From positions 19,282,001 through 19,346,000 of the forward strand of contig NC_082722.1 in assembly GCF_030144855.1 (NCBI RefSeq): a DNA stretch of 64,000 nt, in the 5' to 3' direction. The notes beneath the pieces were generated by a model. It was not told the origin of the DNA. It saw only the letters and a list, made by a program, of their open reading frames with translations, and made no database searches. A program made the translations under genes and the position numbers. Below are positions 24,001 to 35,690 of the stretch, in pieces (the stretch's first letter is position 1; every line of letters begins with the position of its first letter). Source of the stretch: Hypanus sabinus (lineage: Eukaryota).

Positions 24001-27000
24001 AGTTAAATGCCATTAACGCTGCTATTTTGTACGAATAGAGGTGAAGTTTCACAGCGATCAGTGTTCTTACCGTGCGATCTCTTTAACTTGAGTTTCAGCA
24101 AAACTATTATCGCAATTAAAATTACCGATCCGCCCAATGCACATCTGAGAATCAATATGGTATCAGCACCTTCAAAAAGAAACAGTGAAGCATTTATACA
24201 TCTGAAAACAAATCCACGCATGGAAATCAATAATGCAAACTATTATATAGGGGCCTTTCAAATCTCACTACACACTGATAGGAAAATGACAGAATATACA
24301 GTATAGAACAAAGAAATCTGCTTTATTTTCTGCAGACACATATGAGCTATTTACTAAGACTAAGAATAGGCTCTGCTGCTTTTTCCTTTTCTTGTCTTGA
24401 CAATAGATATCAGTATAACTATTGAACGTCTAATCACCTAACCTATTACAAGTCTGATCTCCATTCAACCTTCTATGTTACGTCTGTCATTAACATTCTT
24501 CAGAACGATCAATACTCTATACTCGTCAAAAGAGTCGCGGTGCAGAAACAATTCGTTTCCGCATGACATGCTGAAATTACTCGCTAAATTCATGAGATTA
24601 TAACACTTTACGCTCTAAGCATCCTGAATGTACAGTTACATATTAAACGTATTTTCCCACTTTTATTTTTTCCACAGCTTTACGAGTAACAAACCTGAAT
24701 TAATGGGAAACTGCATAATGAAAACATAGATAAACACGAGTCATCTATTTGAACTGTGTTGCCCACTATTATTGGAAGGGATTACACAGAGACTGAGTTT
24801 TGTCAAAGTCTGTTTACAGTTTCGCTCCCTCTGTATTCGATCCAGGTGGCAATTAAGTGTCACACATTGGTGTTCAGGAATTCCTACCTTGATTCTGATT
24901 TTGCCCCATGCCCGCATTTTTCCGGTAAAACTATATCAATTGAATACACCTTCACTCACCAGCAGATGGTTTCCCCTTTTTTTATATCATTATGCGATTT
25001 AGAGTTTAAGTTTTGCATTGTCTCATCTTTGACAGATGTTCGGAAGTTTGTTACCTGACACGGACCACAGGAAATCAATTTCTTAATTAATCCTACACGA
25101 TTTAAACTGTGGGTATAAGATATTTGTTTTTAAGCACTATTCACATTGAATGCCTAACTTTAGATTCTATTATTGGGCAATTAATATTCAATATTTAACC
25201 TTTCCGACAAAAGATTTGGATGAAATTCAATGTCCAAGTTGAGTGAACCTCGAGTGCGAGTCTGTACTGGGCTCTATTTGGCTTCTATTTTAGGGGCCCC
25301 GCTTCCCTTTGCACTTACTAAAGTGAATAAACAAACCAGTAATCCAATAACTAAACATGCAATACGAACATGGGTTTCAATTTCGTAAATTTTTGGATTG
25401 AATAAATTTCTCCTATCAAGTCTTATTGTATCAATTTTTCTTCAGAACTGATCAAGATTTCTTTTATGGAAAATGAACAGCATAACATGTTTTCGTGATT
25501 TATTCATGGATAATCGTCTCAAGTTTTCTGAACTGTTTTCTAATACGTATAATTTGCGTAGATCACATTTTACAGATATTTACAGATTAGAATCTTCTTG
25601 AATGCTATTTTACCTACTTTTCTGATACCACATCAAACTGAAATTACAGGAAAAAAAATAGGCTTAAACCCCTGTCAGAAGAGTTTAAGAGCAATTATTT
25701 ATGATCTGATTACGAAAATTCGTCTAGGTGCATCAGATAAATTTACGAATGAATGGGAAATAGAACTTCAGTTATCTTTACCTACAGAGAAATGGGAGAA
25801 AATTCTCCAACTTGTTAACACCTCTTCAATGTGTGCCAGGCAAGCTTTAATACAATTTAAGGTGGTTTATAGGGCCCATATTTCTAAGGATAAGTTAGCT
25901 CGTTTTTATTGCCATATAAATTCTGTCTTTGTAATTCCGAGGTGGCTTCCATGACAAAAATGTTCTGGTCTTGTTCTCTTCTGGAAAAATACTGGAAGAA
26001 CGTTTTTGATATTATTTCAGTGGATTTGCGCATTGATTTATATCCTCACCCTATTACTGCAATTTAAGGATTACCAGTGATGGACTCTAATCATTTATCC
26101 CATTCATCTTGCTGTTTGATTGCATTTCTTACATAATAGACAGAAGATCCATTTTATTTAAATGGAGAGAGTTTAGTCCCCCTACCATATTTCAGTGGTT
26201 TTCTCAGACTATAACATGTTTAAACCGGGAAAAAAAATTAGAAGTGTTACTTTCGATCCTTAGGTGAAATTTGAAGTATTTTGGAGGACATAAATGTCAG
26301 GTGACCTTTTCCGAATCTTTCTCAATAACCTTCTGTTCGTGTATAGAGGAGCGGAGTTAATGGCAAATATTGGTTTTAACCGGTCAAACACGACAGTCCA
26401 GCTTTTGTTTTGTTTTGTTTTGTTTTGTTTGTTTGTTTTTAGTTTAGCGGGACTTGTTTTGTATAAAAGTTTTTGAATCTTTTTCATGTTCAGTTATTAA
26501 GAGATTGGGAGGCTCAGATTACACATGCTTTTCGAAGTTTGTGTTTGTATACTGACCGTGAGTCATCCCGATCCCTTTGTATTATGATCATTAGTATGTT
26601 TATTAATTCGAAACTTAATTAGGAAACGATTAAGAAAGAAAGAGTGTTCATTGTTATCAAGTAATCTGAAAATTTCGCCCTTCTTCCGTGTTTGGGAAGC
26701 TTTTCAGTGACTCTTCTTACCCACGTTTGATCGACACACAGATATCATTTGGAAACGTTTCCATCTTGCCCGGAGCGCTAGAGATTCTGTACATGTTGAA
26801 TATTCAGAGTAACACACAAAATACTGAAGTTACGCAGCAGAAAGGAGAGGAATAAAATTACGACATTTCGGTCCGATACCTTACACCAGGAAGCAATTAA
26901 GACACCATCTTACCTTGTTCCAGGATGTAGCTGAAACTGACAGGCACCGTGAGAGAGACATGCTTTATCATATTTTTAGCAAATGTCCAGAAGTTTGCTA

Positions 27001-30000
27001 CCTTACAACTATTGAACGGTTTCAATTTCATCATTCGTGTTACACGATTTAGAGCAACAGGAACAACACATCAGCTTCTGAACACCTTTCTCGTTTGCTA
27101 TTCACTGTCAATAACTGATCTTTAAAATTAGTCATTCTTCCTTGTAGCTATTCAGTTACTGTTCTTAGAACGTCACATTGATCCCACCACTATCACTTGC
27201 TTACATCTTATATTAAGCGCAAAGCATTCTGAGCATGCTGATATCCAGAGTTACACAGAAAATCCTGGAAGAACTCCGCCGATCAGGCACATCTAAAATA
27301 TCGACGTTAAAGGCCGAGACCCAACATCATTACTTCATCAAGACACCAGCCTACCTTGCTCCAGGATGTAGCTGAAACTTGCAGGCATCGTGAGAGAGAC
27401 ATGCGACACCAGGCAGGTGTAAATATCTTTTCCCCATGCAGACTGCGTGATTTCCAATAAACTAGAAGCATCGTACGTGCCATCAACGTTCGGGTTTGTG
27501 ACACTTTCTATTCCAATGTGAATTCGTTTCTTATTTCTTTGCCAAACGATTTCTAATTTCTCCGGGTAGAAGGCAGCCGTTTTACAAAGAAGCTTTCGAG
27601 GAGACGAAAACCCTCCAACAGGAACAATTTCCAATGGAGTTGGAGGAACTTGAATAAAAACAAAGTTATATTGGGTATTTTCGATCCATTTCAGTGCAGG
27701 TAGATTTCTTCATTTTCACATCAACTGGCATGACACTCTAACTATCAAATGAGTTACCCGCCAGTATTAACCGGTATTTAATAAATTATTTTATTTTCCC
27801 GCTCTGTTTATTGTTGCACAACCAGACGCACACACCACTGAGCGAAACTTTGCTCTTCTGGGGCCAAGTTGAAAAATACGGTACTGTGTAGTGTATGTAG
27901 TCACACACAGCAAATGTAGTAACCATTCATACAGACAGTCACAAGATAAGTAGAACAAATACGCTAATCTTGGGAGACAGAGGAAAGGAAGAGTTCAGAG
28001 AATACAATTCGACGGAGAAGCTAAGTGTTCGGAAGTGAGGGAGACATTCTCTTTTGAATGGTATTTGAGATTTTTTTGCACATTTTTTGCACAGTTAAAT
28101 TTGGAATCCTCGCTACTTTTGGGTTTTTCATTTCATATTAAGACTGAGCTACAAAAGAAACAAAATATCACAGATTTCTATCGTGATGGAGTTTAATTTT
28201 CTGGCAGCTCAACTGCTTAGAGAGTGTTTCAGATCTTGGGATTAATCTTCCTAGTCATAAACATCCAGTAATATAGCTTTCCCCGGAATTTAATCATTCT
28301 ACAACAGTTCCCCGTGTTGAATGTGCGGATTATCCCTCAGTGAAAAAATCCAGAAAGCAAATGCAAATTGATATTATGCACATTGATTCTATTGTTCTAT
28401 TCTCTCTAAAGCCGGAAGTCCTGCAGCAAGATGGTCGACAGTGACTTGGCACTGCTATAGGATCGCTTATGGAAATGATGCCTTGCAGAGGTTCAAACAG
28501 GAACTGAACAGCTTCAATTTCACCGTACACAGAGCTCACTAAAACGTGAGCCCAATTTTAAGGTTTTGTAAACATGGACTGCCTCCGCTACAGCTACGGC
28601 GTCTAACAGGAGAGATTCAATAGTTAGATTACTTTATCTGTTTATCACAGCAGTTAGGATTTCACTCTGCCTACAATAGCTATCTGGATATCACCGTTGC
28701 CCGACTCCAATTCCCATGCCTACACCGACTTCAATATTGGCCTTCTCAAATTCTAGGTGAAGGACAATCCCAAGGTGGAAGAAATCGAAGCTTTCTGCAT
28801 ATACATTAAGCGTAAAGGGATATCGACAAATAAAATTGATCTATTTGAAGATCAGCGAGTTCAACAATGAATGGAGCCTAAAGAGATTGTGGGGGCGGGG
28901 TGAGATCTAATCTATTTCCATCAGTGTTTACTCGGGAGACGTACACAGAGGCTATACAACTAAGCAAAACAGAAGCAATGCCATGGTCCTTATACGGATT
29001 ACAATCTTGGGGCAAATTGGGGTGCAGATATCCCCAGAACATGACAAGGTGTCCTATCGGACCTCGTTGGAAGCTAATGCAGAAAATGAAAGGGCCCCGA
29101 TGAAACTGTTCAAAATGTCCTTACCATTGGATGTTCCGGAGAACAAGAGTATAACTAATGTTTTAAGACCATATGACTATTGGATAGAGGAGCCCAATTA
29201 GGAAACTTCAGCCATCTAGTTTGTTCTGGACATTTCATCATAGCTGAAATTTTCCTCTCAGCCCCAATCTCATGCCTCCTCCCATTAGCTCTTCATGCCC
29301 TGATCAATCAAGAATATATCAACACCTGCTGTAAATATCCAGACTTCCAAAGACTTGGTCTCTTTCGCTGCTTGTACCAAAAAAAACTACACTGGTTCAC
29401 CACTCTCTGGCTTTAGGCATTCCTTCTCATCTCCTTGTTAAAAAGATCCCCATCTATTCTAAGGTTGCGTCCTCTGATCTTAGACTCTCCCAACATAGGA
29501 AACATCCTCTCCATATCCACACAATCACGTGATTTCACCTTTAAATACGTTTGAATAAAGTCAGCCTTATTTTTTTCTGAATTCTAGTGGAAACAGGCCC
29601 AGAGCTCCTCATATGATAAGCTATTGAATTCTGAAATCATTGTCATGAACCACTTTTGAACCTTCTCCAGTTCCTCCACATTCTTCCCGAGATAAGTGGC
29701 CTCAACCTGCTGACAATATGCCGTGACGCCTCACCAGTGCTTTTTAAGTCCCAATATTCATACTTGCTTTTATATTCTAGTCCTCTTGAAAAGATTGCTG
29801 CCATTTTATTTGCCTTCCTGACCACAGAGACAACCTGAAAATTAATCTGCATGGAATACTGCACACGGACTCCCAAGTCCCTTTGCCCAATGTTTTTGGA
29901 CTTTCGCTCCAGTTAGAAAATAGTCGAAACGTTCACACACTGAACCAAAGTGCATGACCACATTCCTCTACACGTTGCATTCTACCTGCCATTTATTTGC

Positions 30001-32820
30001 CAATTCTCTTAATCTAATCCTTCGGTACCCTCTCTATTTCCTAAAAATATTTTCATACCGTCTGCAAACTTTGCAACAAAGCCACCAATTCCATAATCCA
30101 TGTCATTGGCAAATTATTTTAAGCGATTCAGTCACAACACAGATCCCTGTGGATCACCGTCAGTCACGGGCAGCCAAATAGGTATTGCTCCCTTTATTCC
30201 CATTCTTTGTCTTTCACCCACTGCTTTATCCACCCTAGAATCTTTCCTGTAATACTTTGGGCTCGTAGCTGGTTAAACAGTCGTGTGTATGGTATCAAAG
30301 GCCTTCTGAAAATCCGAGTACACAACAACCGATTCTATCTAGCTTTATCGATCCTGCTTTTCATTCCTTCAATAAATTCAATCAGATTCGTCTGGCGAGA
30401 ACTTACAGACTGGATATTACAGACTAATGGGTATTACAGGTACGTGGGTAATTTATCGGGAGATATTCTAAAGAATAGGATATATAAATAATTAGACAAC
30501 ATTGTTTTGTGCAAGGAAGGCTCCGTCTAATCAACCTTAAAGAGCTTTCCGAGCGTCTTACCATGGACCTTCATGAAGAATAACAGTGGATATGGTCAAC
30601 GTGGATCTTAGCAAAAGCTCTGGAAAAGCACTGCATGGGATGTTGGGTTGATCAAGAGCCTTCGCTTGGCATTCAGGATGAAGGAGTCAACGTTGGCTTC
30701 ACGGAGAAGCCAGAGTATGTAGCAGATAGTTGTTCTTTGAATGAAGGCTTTTGACAAGTGGTGTGCCGCATGGCTATGACAGCTTGCAGCGGGTTATAGA
30801 CCAGGTGTAAAAATGGGCTGAAAATGGCAGATAAGATTAAACGAAGGCAATTGTAAGCTGTTGCGCTTTGAGAAGACAAACCAATCTCGGATTTACACAG
30901 TGAAAGAAACTGGAATTGAGGAGAGCGGTAAAAAATGATCTTGGAATATAGATCGAGAAATCTTTGAAAGTGGAGCCAAAGACGGATAGTATCGTAAAAA
31001 TAGTCTTTGTCCTATTGGCATTTATATATCAGAGTATTGAGCGCAGAAGTTGGGATGTTGTGCTGACGTTGTACCAGAAGTTAGTGAGAACAAATTAGCA
31101 GTATTGTTCGCTGTTCAGGTTATCTAACTGCAGGCAGTTATCAATATGATTGAATGAGTTCAAGAGAACTTACAAGGAGTTTGCAAGAATTTGAGGACAT
31201 GAATTACGAGGAAAGATTTAACTGGTTGGATTTTTTCCCAAGATTCGTAAAAGAATGAACGAACGTTTGATAGAGGTAGACAAAATAATGAGGGGTGCAG
31301 ATACGGTGCAGGAAAGCCTGCTTCATCCACTGAGGTTTGGTGAGAATGTAATTAGTAGTCAGAGCTTAAGAGTCGAAGGAGAAGCATCAAAGTCAAACCT
31401 GAGAAGAAAAATCTTCATTTAGACCGTGATGCTATTGTGGTAATATCTGCCAGCGGAGGTGTTGAATGAGGGTTTGCGCTCGCATTTCTGCACTTTACTG
31501 TCTAACCCCATCAGAATTCACCTCGATCTTGAGAGGTCTGTATTTCTCCTCATTTTGTGTGGTGAAAGAAATATAGAGTTCGCTAATACTGCATGACACA
31601 AGTTGGAATGACAACTTGCAGGGCATGTGAGAAATGGTCACGATGTTGGAATTATCTCGATTGGAACTGGGTGTTATTCCTCTCTACTTGTAGATGCGGA
31701 AATGGAGCATTGTGCTGCTGCATACATACCTTTTAATAGAAATAATATACGTTTTCATATATTTTTCTTCCTCTGTGATGACGAATCGAGTTATCCAACT
31801 CCAGCCATTCACATTAGTATGAATAATGTTTCGACTTCTTGCTTGCAAAACAATCCTAACCATGCTTGTAAAGTAACTCGTTGCATTGAGAGTACCTTCG
31901 CGATGATAAGGGTAAAGTCCAAAGGTATCACAAACCTTGGACATTAGTTTAAAATGGGAGATACCTGATGAACAGGGCTGCATGAACAGCAGCGGGAAAG
32001 AGCCTGGGGAAGTACGATACGATAAACTAAATTAACTCTATCATGCGCCTTGAAGCTGCTACATGAAATGTGATTAATTCTTCTGTTCTTGATAATTGCG
32101 AATTGAGAACATCTGGACTGGGGTATATTTAAACGTGGGAAAGGAATGTATTCTCACCGTTTGCTTTATCAAGAATAAACATTTCGTTTTATCCTCATCA
32201 CTAAGTTTGATGTAAAATGCACAGAGATGAAAATCTCCAAACAGCCACACTCACCGAAAACAGTGAGCCGGGAGCCACTTCCTCTCCCGTAAGATCGTTC
32301 TTGATACTTTGCTTCACAGTAATACATTCCGGAGTCGGCGAATGTGACATTCCAGAGTACAAGTGCTCCCCTTCCCGTTTCTACAGTCAAATGTCTTCTG
32401 CTGTCATTTTTTAAAAATGTCTTGTCGCCGTCCCTCCACCAACGAACGTCAGCAGTATCTTCTGATCGTGGAAAAATGCAGAACAAAGTAACATTCGCAC
32501 CTCGCAGGACGTTCTGGTCCTTAGGTAATTGAAAGACTTCGCTCGCAGTTACATTGACAGCTGCCGGAAAAATAAGCAAGAGTATTAATAACAGTCAAAC
32601 ACAATCAAATATCAAAAAAATCAACGACGTAATCCAATGAATATCTAACAGATAAAGACGACCGAATATCTGAAACACTGGGACCAAATATGCTGCGGGC
32701 GCCCAGAGTTAAATATTCTAAAATAGAATATTCAGTTCGGAAGCGGCAGGAATAAATCAGCATACTTAGCCAAGTAATAGTCATAAATGCCATGAACGAA
32801 ACCGTAAATATCTCCGACAT
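20997..32820 (-). CDS. Gene B: spliced IgSF receptor, leader-VJ-C1-TM(Arg)-cytoplasmic TxYxxL (NKp30/PRARP/VJC1-like architecture)
   Basis: Exons 32820-32766, 32560-32255, 27648-27355, 24169-24071, 23436-23393, [21588-21565] and 21077-20997. All introns are GT-AG with compatible phases (1,1,1,1,0,[0]). The CDS is 879 nt (903 with the micro-exon) and open to TGA at 20997. Confidence 0.85.
21565..21588 (-). CDS. Candidate 24-nt cytoplasmic micro-exon QNRSAQQR
   Basis: ttgattcaccag| ... CGT|gtaaga; phase 0-0 and frame-neutral. Confidence 0.45.
22135..22950. mobile_element. Fold-back pair of Penelope-like 3' fragments (duplicate 63398-64000, truncated)
   Basis: Two ~400-bp arms in opposite orientation meet at GGGGCATTAA (22545-22554), an 11-nt loop, and TTAATGCCCC (22566-22575). 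Confidence 0.8.
23393..23436 (-). CDS. Gene B cytoplasmic exon 1 (G)GNTNSFDGYQKEDP
   Basis: Acceptor ttcttttctgaag| and donor CCG|gtaggt; 44 nt, phase 1-0. It bridges the TM and terminal exon phases. Confidence 0.72.
24071..24169 (-). CDS. Gene B transmembrane exon (G)ADTILILRCALGGSVILIAIIVLLKLKLKRSH
   Basis: Acceptor tttctttttgaag| and donor CACG|gtaaga; 99 nt, phase 1-1. A hydrophobic span with Arg is followed by a basic stop-transfer segment. Confidence 0.87.
25200..26520 (+). mobile_element. L1/Tx1-type LINE 3' fragment in a gene B intron
   Basis: WEIELQLSLPTEKWEKILQLVNTSSMCARQALIQFKVVYRAH resembles the ORF2 C-terminal zf-RVT region; a (TTTTG)n tract lies in the 3' part. Confidence 0.8.
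26914..26962 (-). pseudogene. 49-nt relic of a C1 exon 3' end (HVSLTVPVSFSYILEQ) with intact donor
   Basis: Near-match to the last 49 nt of the C1 exons of A and B, followed by G|gtaaga. Confidence 0.8.
27355..27648 (-). CDS. Gene B C1-set exon
   Basis: Acceptor tttttattcaag| and donor CAAG|gtaggc; 294 nt, phase 1-1. Motifs LLCKTAAFYPEKLEIVW, NVDGTY and YTCLVSHVSL. Confidence 0.94.
28880..31480. mobile_element. Cluster of degenerate CR1 fragments in both orientations (V-C1 intron of gene B)
   Basis: Plus ~28880-29210, minus ~29220-30420 and plus ~30490-31480, with remnant CR1 RT phrases. Confidence 0.75.
32255..32560 (-). CDS. Gene B V-set exon (germline-joined VJ type)
   Basis: Acceptor ttttccggcag| and donor TTCG|gtgagt; 306 nt, phase 1-1. 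Motifs VTLFC, VRWW, DSGMYYC and a J-like GRGSGSRLTV. Confidence 0.94.
32766..32820 (-). CDS. Gene B leader exon MSEIFTVSFMAFMTITWL
   Basis: ATG at 32820, hydrophobic 18 codons plus 1 nt, donor CTAA|gtatg (phase 1). An upstream acceptor ttgcag| lies at 32846. Confidence 0.8.
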
Positions 32821-33036
32821 CTTACAGAAACCGAATCGCCTAATTCCTGCAACGCAAGTGGTGGTTTAAATGCAATTGCTGGAGGACAAGGTCTTCGTGA
32901 GGAAATGTATTAATCAGGTAAACATGACGTAGGATGACGCCACCACCATGCAAAATAAAGTGGTTCAGATTTGAAATCTGCTTGGGCTAGGAGAAAAATA
33001 AAAACTCTTACAGTTTTAATTTTTCCCATGGCTTAC

Positions 33037-33076
33037 CTGGAGCTTTCCTGATAATGCTGGGAATTTTGGCCTCCTG
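33037..33076 (-). other. Putative 5' UTR exon of gene B
   Basis: ttcag| ... CCAG|gtaagc, 40 nt, just upstream of the leader exon acceptor at 32846. Confidence 0.5.
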
Positions 33077-33262
33077 CTGAATTCAGGAATTATCCAAATC
33101 TTTATTGAGATATAAATTCAAATGTGTACTCTGCTCATTTTGATGGGAAAGATGCAAATCCGTTTAGGAATTGAAAAATTGTCTAATAGGCGGGCAAAGA
33201 TAATAACATAATTTCTTCATTCCAATTTACGTTTGCAGTTTTGCTCCATTTCAATCATATAC

Positions 33263-33360
33263 CTTCAGTGAAATAGCACCGCGCTGGTTTCTCTACTAAA
33301 GCAGTTGCGCTCTTTCGGCCAGAAGTTTTTACGCCGCGACGGGAAGAGACGGTGTGAGAT
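33263..33360 (-). promoter_or_regulatory. Putative promoter / first exon of gene B
   Basis: A local CpG cluster in AT-rich DNA ends in the donor-like GAAG|gtatat at 33263 and contains no ATG. Confidence 0.3.
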
Positions 33361-35069
33361 GAATGAAAAATTTGTTTCTCTTGATAATTTCCTTTAGGGT
33401 TTGGTCATAACATTTCGACTAGTGAACTACTGCTTAATGTATGAATTGCAAACCAAAAAGGAAATTATGAACGAGACTGATTTGAACAGCAAGTATATTC
33501 TCTCGGATGTCTTAATGCACACGTCTCCGGCACAATGTATGATTTTCGATTCTGAATATTGATGCCTCCTTCTTCAGCAATTTTCACGTAACTTAAATCT
33601 AAAAGTTTCATGAAACAAATGGATATAATGTTAAAACGGTACGAATTTATTCCAGGGACAGATTTCAGGCTGTTTTATTTTTAAAGTAGGCCCCATTATA
33701 CTAAGGTTCCTTACTCACTTTTGTGACCAGCTCGCACAACGAATTCAGCGAAAAGCAGCAGCAAATGCTGTCTGATATAGAAACAGATTCAGGGTATAGG
33801 ATTTTGATCACATACAGAGAGAGCTTAGATTTCCAACAGCAAGTTATTCAGATTAATGATGACAGAGATTCAAGAGGTACTGCGATAAAATCGATAAAGT
33901 GCGCATCGTGAAAGCCTGAAATGATTGATTGCAGTTCCGAGGCTCCAGTTAAAATCCAATAAGCCCGAGCACTTGCGTTGTGGGAAATGCTGCTCTTTCA
34001 AATATATCCTACATTTCCACAGAGTAAACAGGAGACAACAGGATAGTTGATCGAGCATAAAAAGATTAACGTGATACAGAAAAAAAGGGATTAGCACGCA
34101 CCCATGTGTCTGACCTGGCAGGGCATAAATTGTTATTCATTTATAAAATGACAACACTGAATATTCAAACCCATTTTGGGTGACGATGTAATAGTACTGA
34201 GCTTCCAAGTGCTTCTTACGAACGGAGATAGGATTCTGATTCTCATGTCAAACGCTTCGCCATTTTGAGCAGTAATATTTCCGAATTTCCATGAAGCGGT
34301 TGGGATGTTATACAGATTTCACAGAAGCTTTGGCACCTTTATTGAATTGCATCTCCTGTCCTCTCAGATCTGAAATTATGTAGCGGCTTGGGACCTAAGG
34401 ATCTTCATAGGTAACACATATTTTGTCTATTGTCCCCAAGGGATGTAATTGAGGTCTAATCGTTACGAGTTTAGCCAGGAGAGGAAATGGATATTATGAA
34501 CATTATCCTGCTGTGGGTCTGGAGACTAATCTAAAGAGAGTGTATTCTAATGAAACACAGCTTAATTTTATATTGCAGGCAATTTGTGATGCCGAATACA
34601 AAGATCTGTCTGCGGCAGAAAACACAATTTCCAGAAGGTAAGTTTTCTGTCGAGATTTATGACTTGATCTTCTGATATTCTTTTTTCTCGACACATAAAT
34701 CCTAAAGATGAGAGCACTGTGATTAGTTCTCCATTAACCACTCTCTGTTCTCCATTAGTCCATTCTCCATACTGTGTAAGAATTGAGCTGTAACTTGGAC
34801 TGATTACTAAGCATTATAAAACAATTTAAGCACGTTTGGGATTTTCGTGGCATTTCTTAGGTAACAAATGAATAAAACTGCGGATTCATTTTTAGTTTTG
34901 AATTCTTTGGAGATGAATGCTACATCTGTATATTTTCAACTGCATAAATATGTTCAGCGTTAACTGTGGCGGAAAAGTACAGGAAAGTATAAGACATTTG
35001 TATAAGCAAGGAAAACCGACAGCACAATGCACGAACGGCGGCCCATAGAGCTGTACCAAGCATGTCCTT

Positions 35070-35690
35070 ATATGCCAAGGACGCGGTCTGGAAGAGTAGC
35101 GTGCCGTCAAGGAACCGGAGTTTCGTGGATTTGGAGACGAGCTAATTCGAGGCCGGTGTGGCTGCCTGATGGGAGTACACGGAAGATTGAAGACAGCGAG
35201 CTGGCTGCTGGCTGTGAGCCCAGAGACCCGAGTTATTTGGGCACAGAGCTCGGAAAAAGAAAGGCAACAGACTTTTAAAGTAAAGAATCAGCAAATTGTC
35301 TTGTGATGTCTGCCCTTTCGCTACGAAACGTGGACATCAATTTTTCACTTATTAGGGAGAGAGAGAGAGAGCTGTGGTATGTGGAAAACCGGCCGAACGA
35401 GTGGTCTTTTGGAAACTACACGTCTGTCTTTCTTGATGCTTTGCTGCACGCTTGAATGCTCGACTGGGGATGCAGATGATTCTTTTTTGCTGGTGTGTGG
35501 AGGGTGGTCGTTCCTTTGCTACTGCTTATGCGTGAGAATGATTAGATGTAGGGGTGGCTTTGGGTTTCTAACATTCAACTGTCATTCATTCTTCGGGGTA
35601 CTGCACTGTTTCCGTGAATGTGTGTGAAGGAAAATAATTTCAAGATGCATATTGCATATATTTCCCTGATCTTAAAAATCCATTTAAAAC
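35070..35690 (+). repeat. Probable interspersed repeat of unassigned family
   Basis: A GC-richer block with a (GA)n tract and a LINE-like 3' end. No protein motif was recognised. Confidence 0.4.

Noticed and set aside
32169-32579. ORF-track protein MLIFPAAVNV... as a single-exon gene
   Set aside because: Its start and tail are intronic read-through. The exon is 32560-32255.
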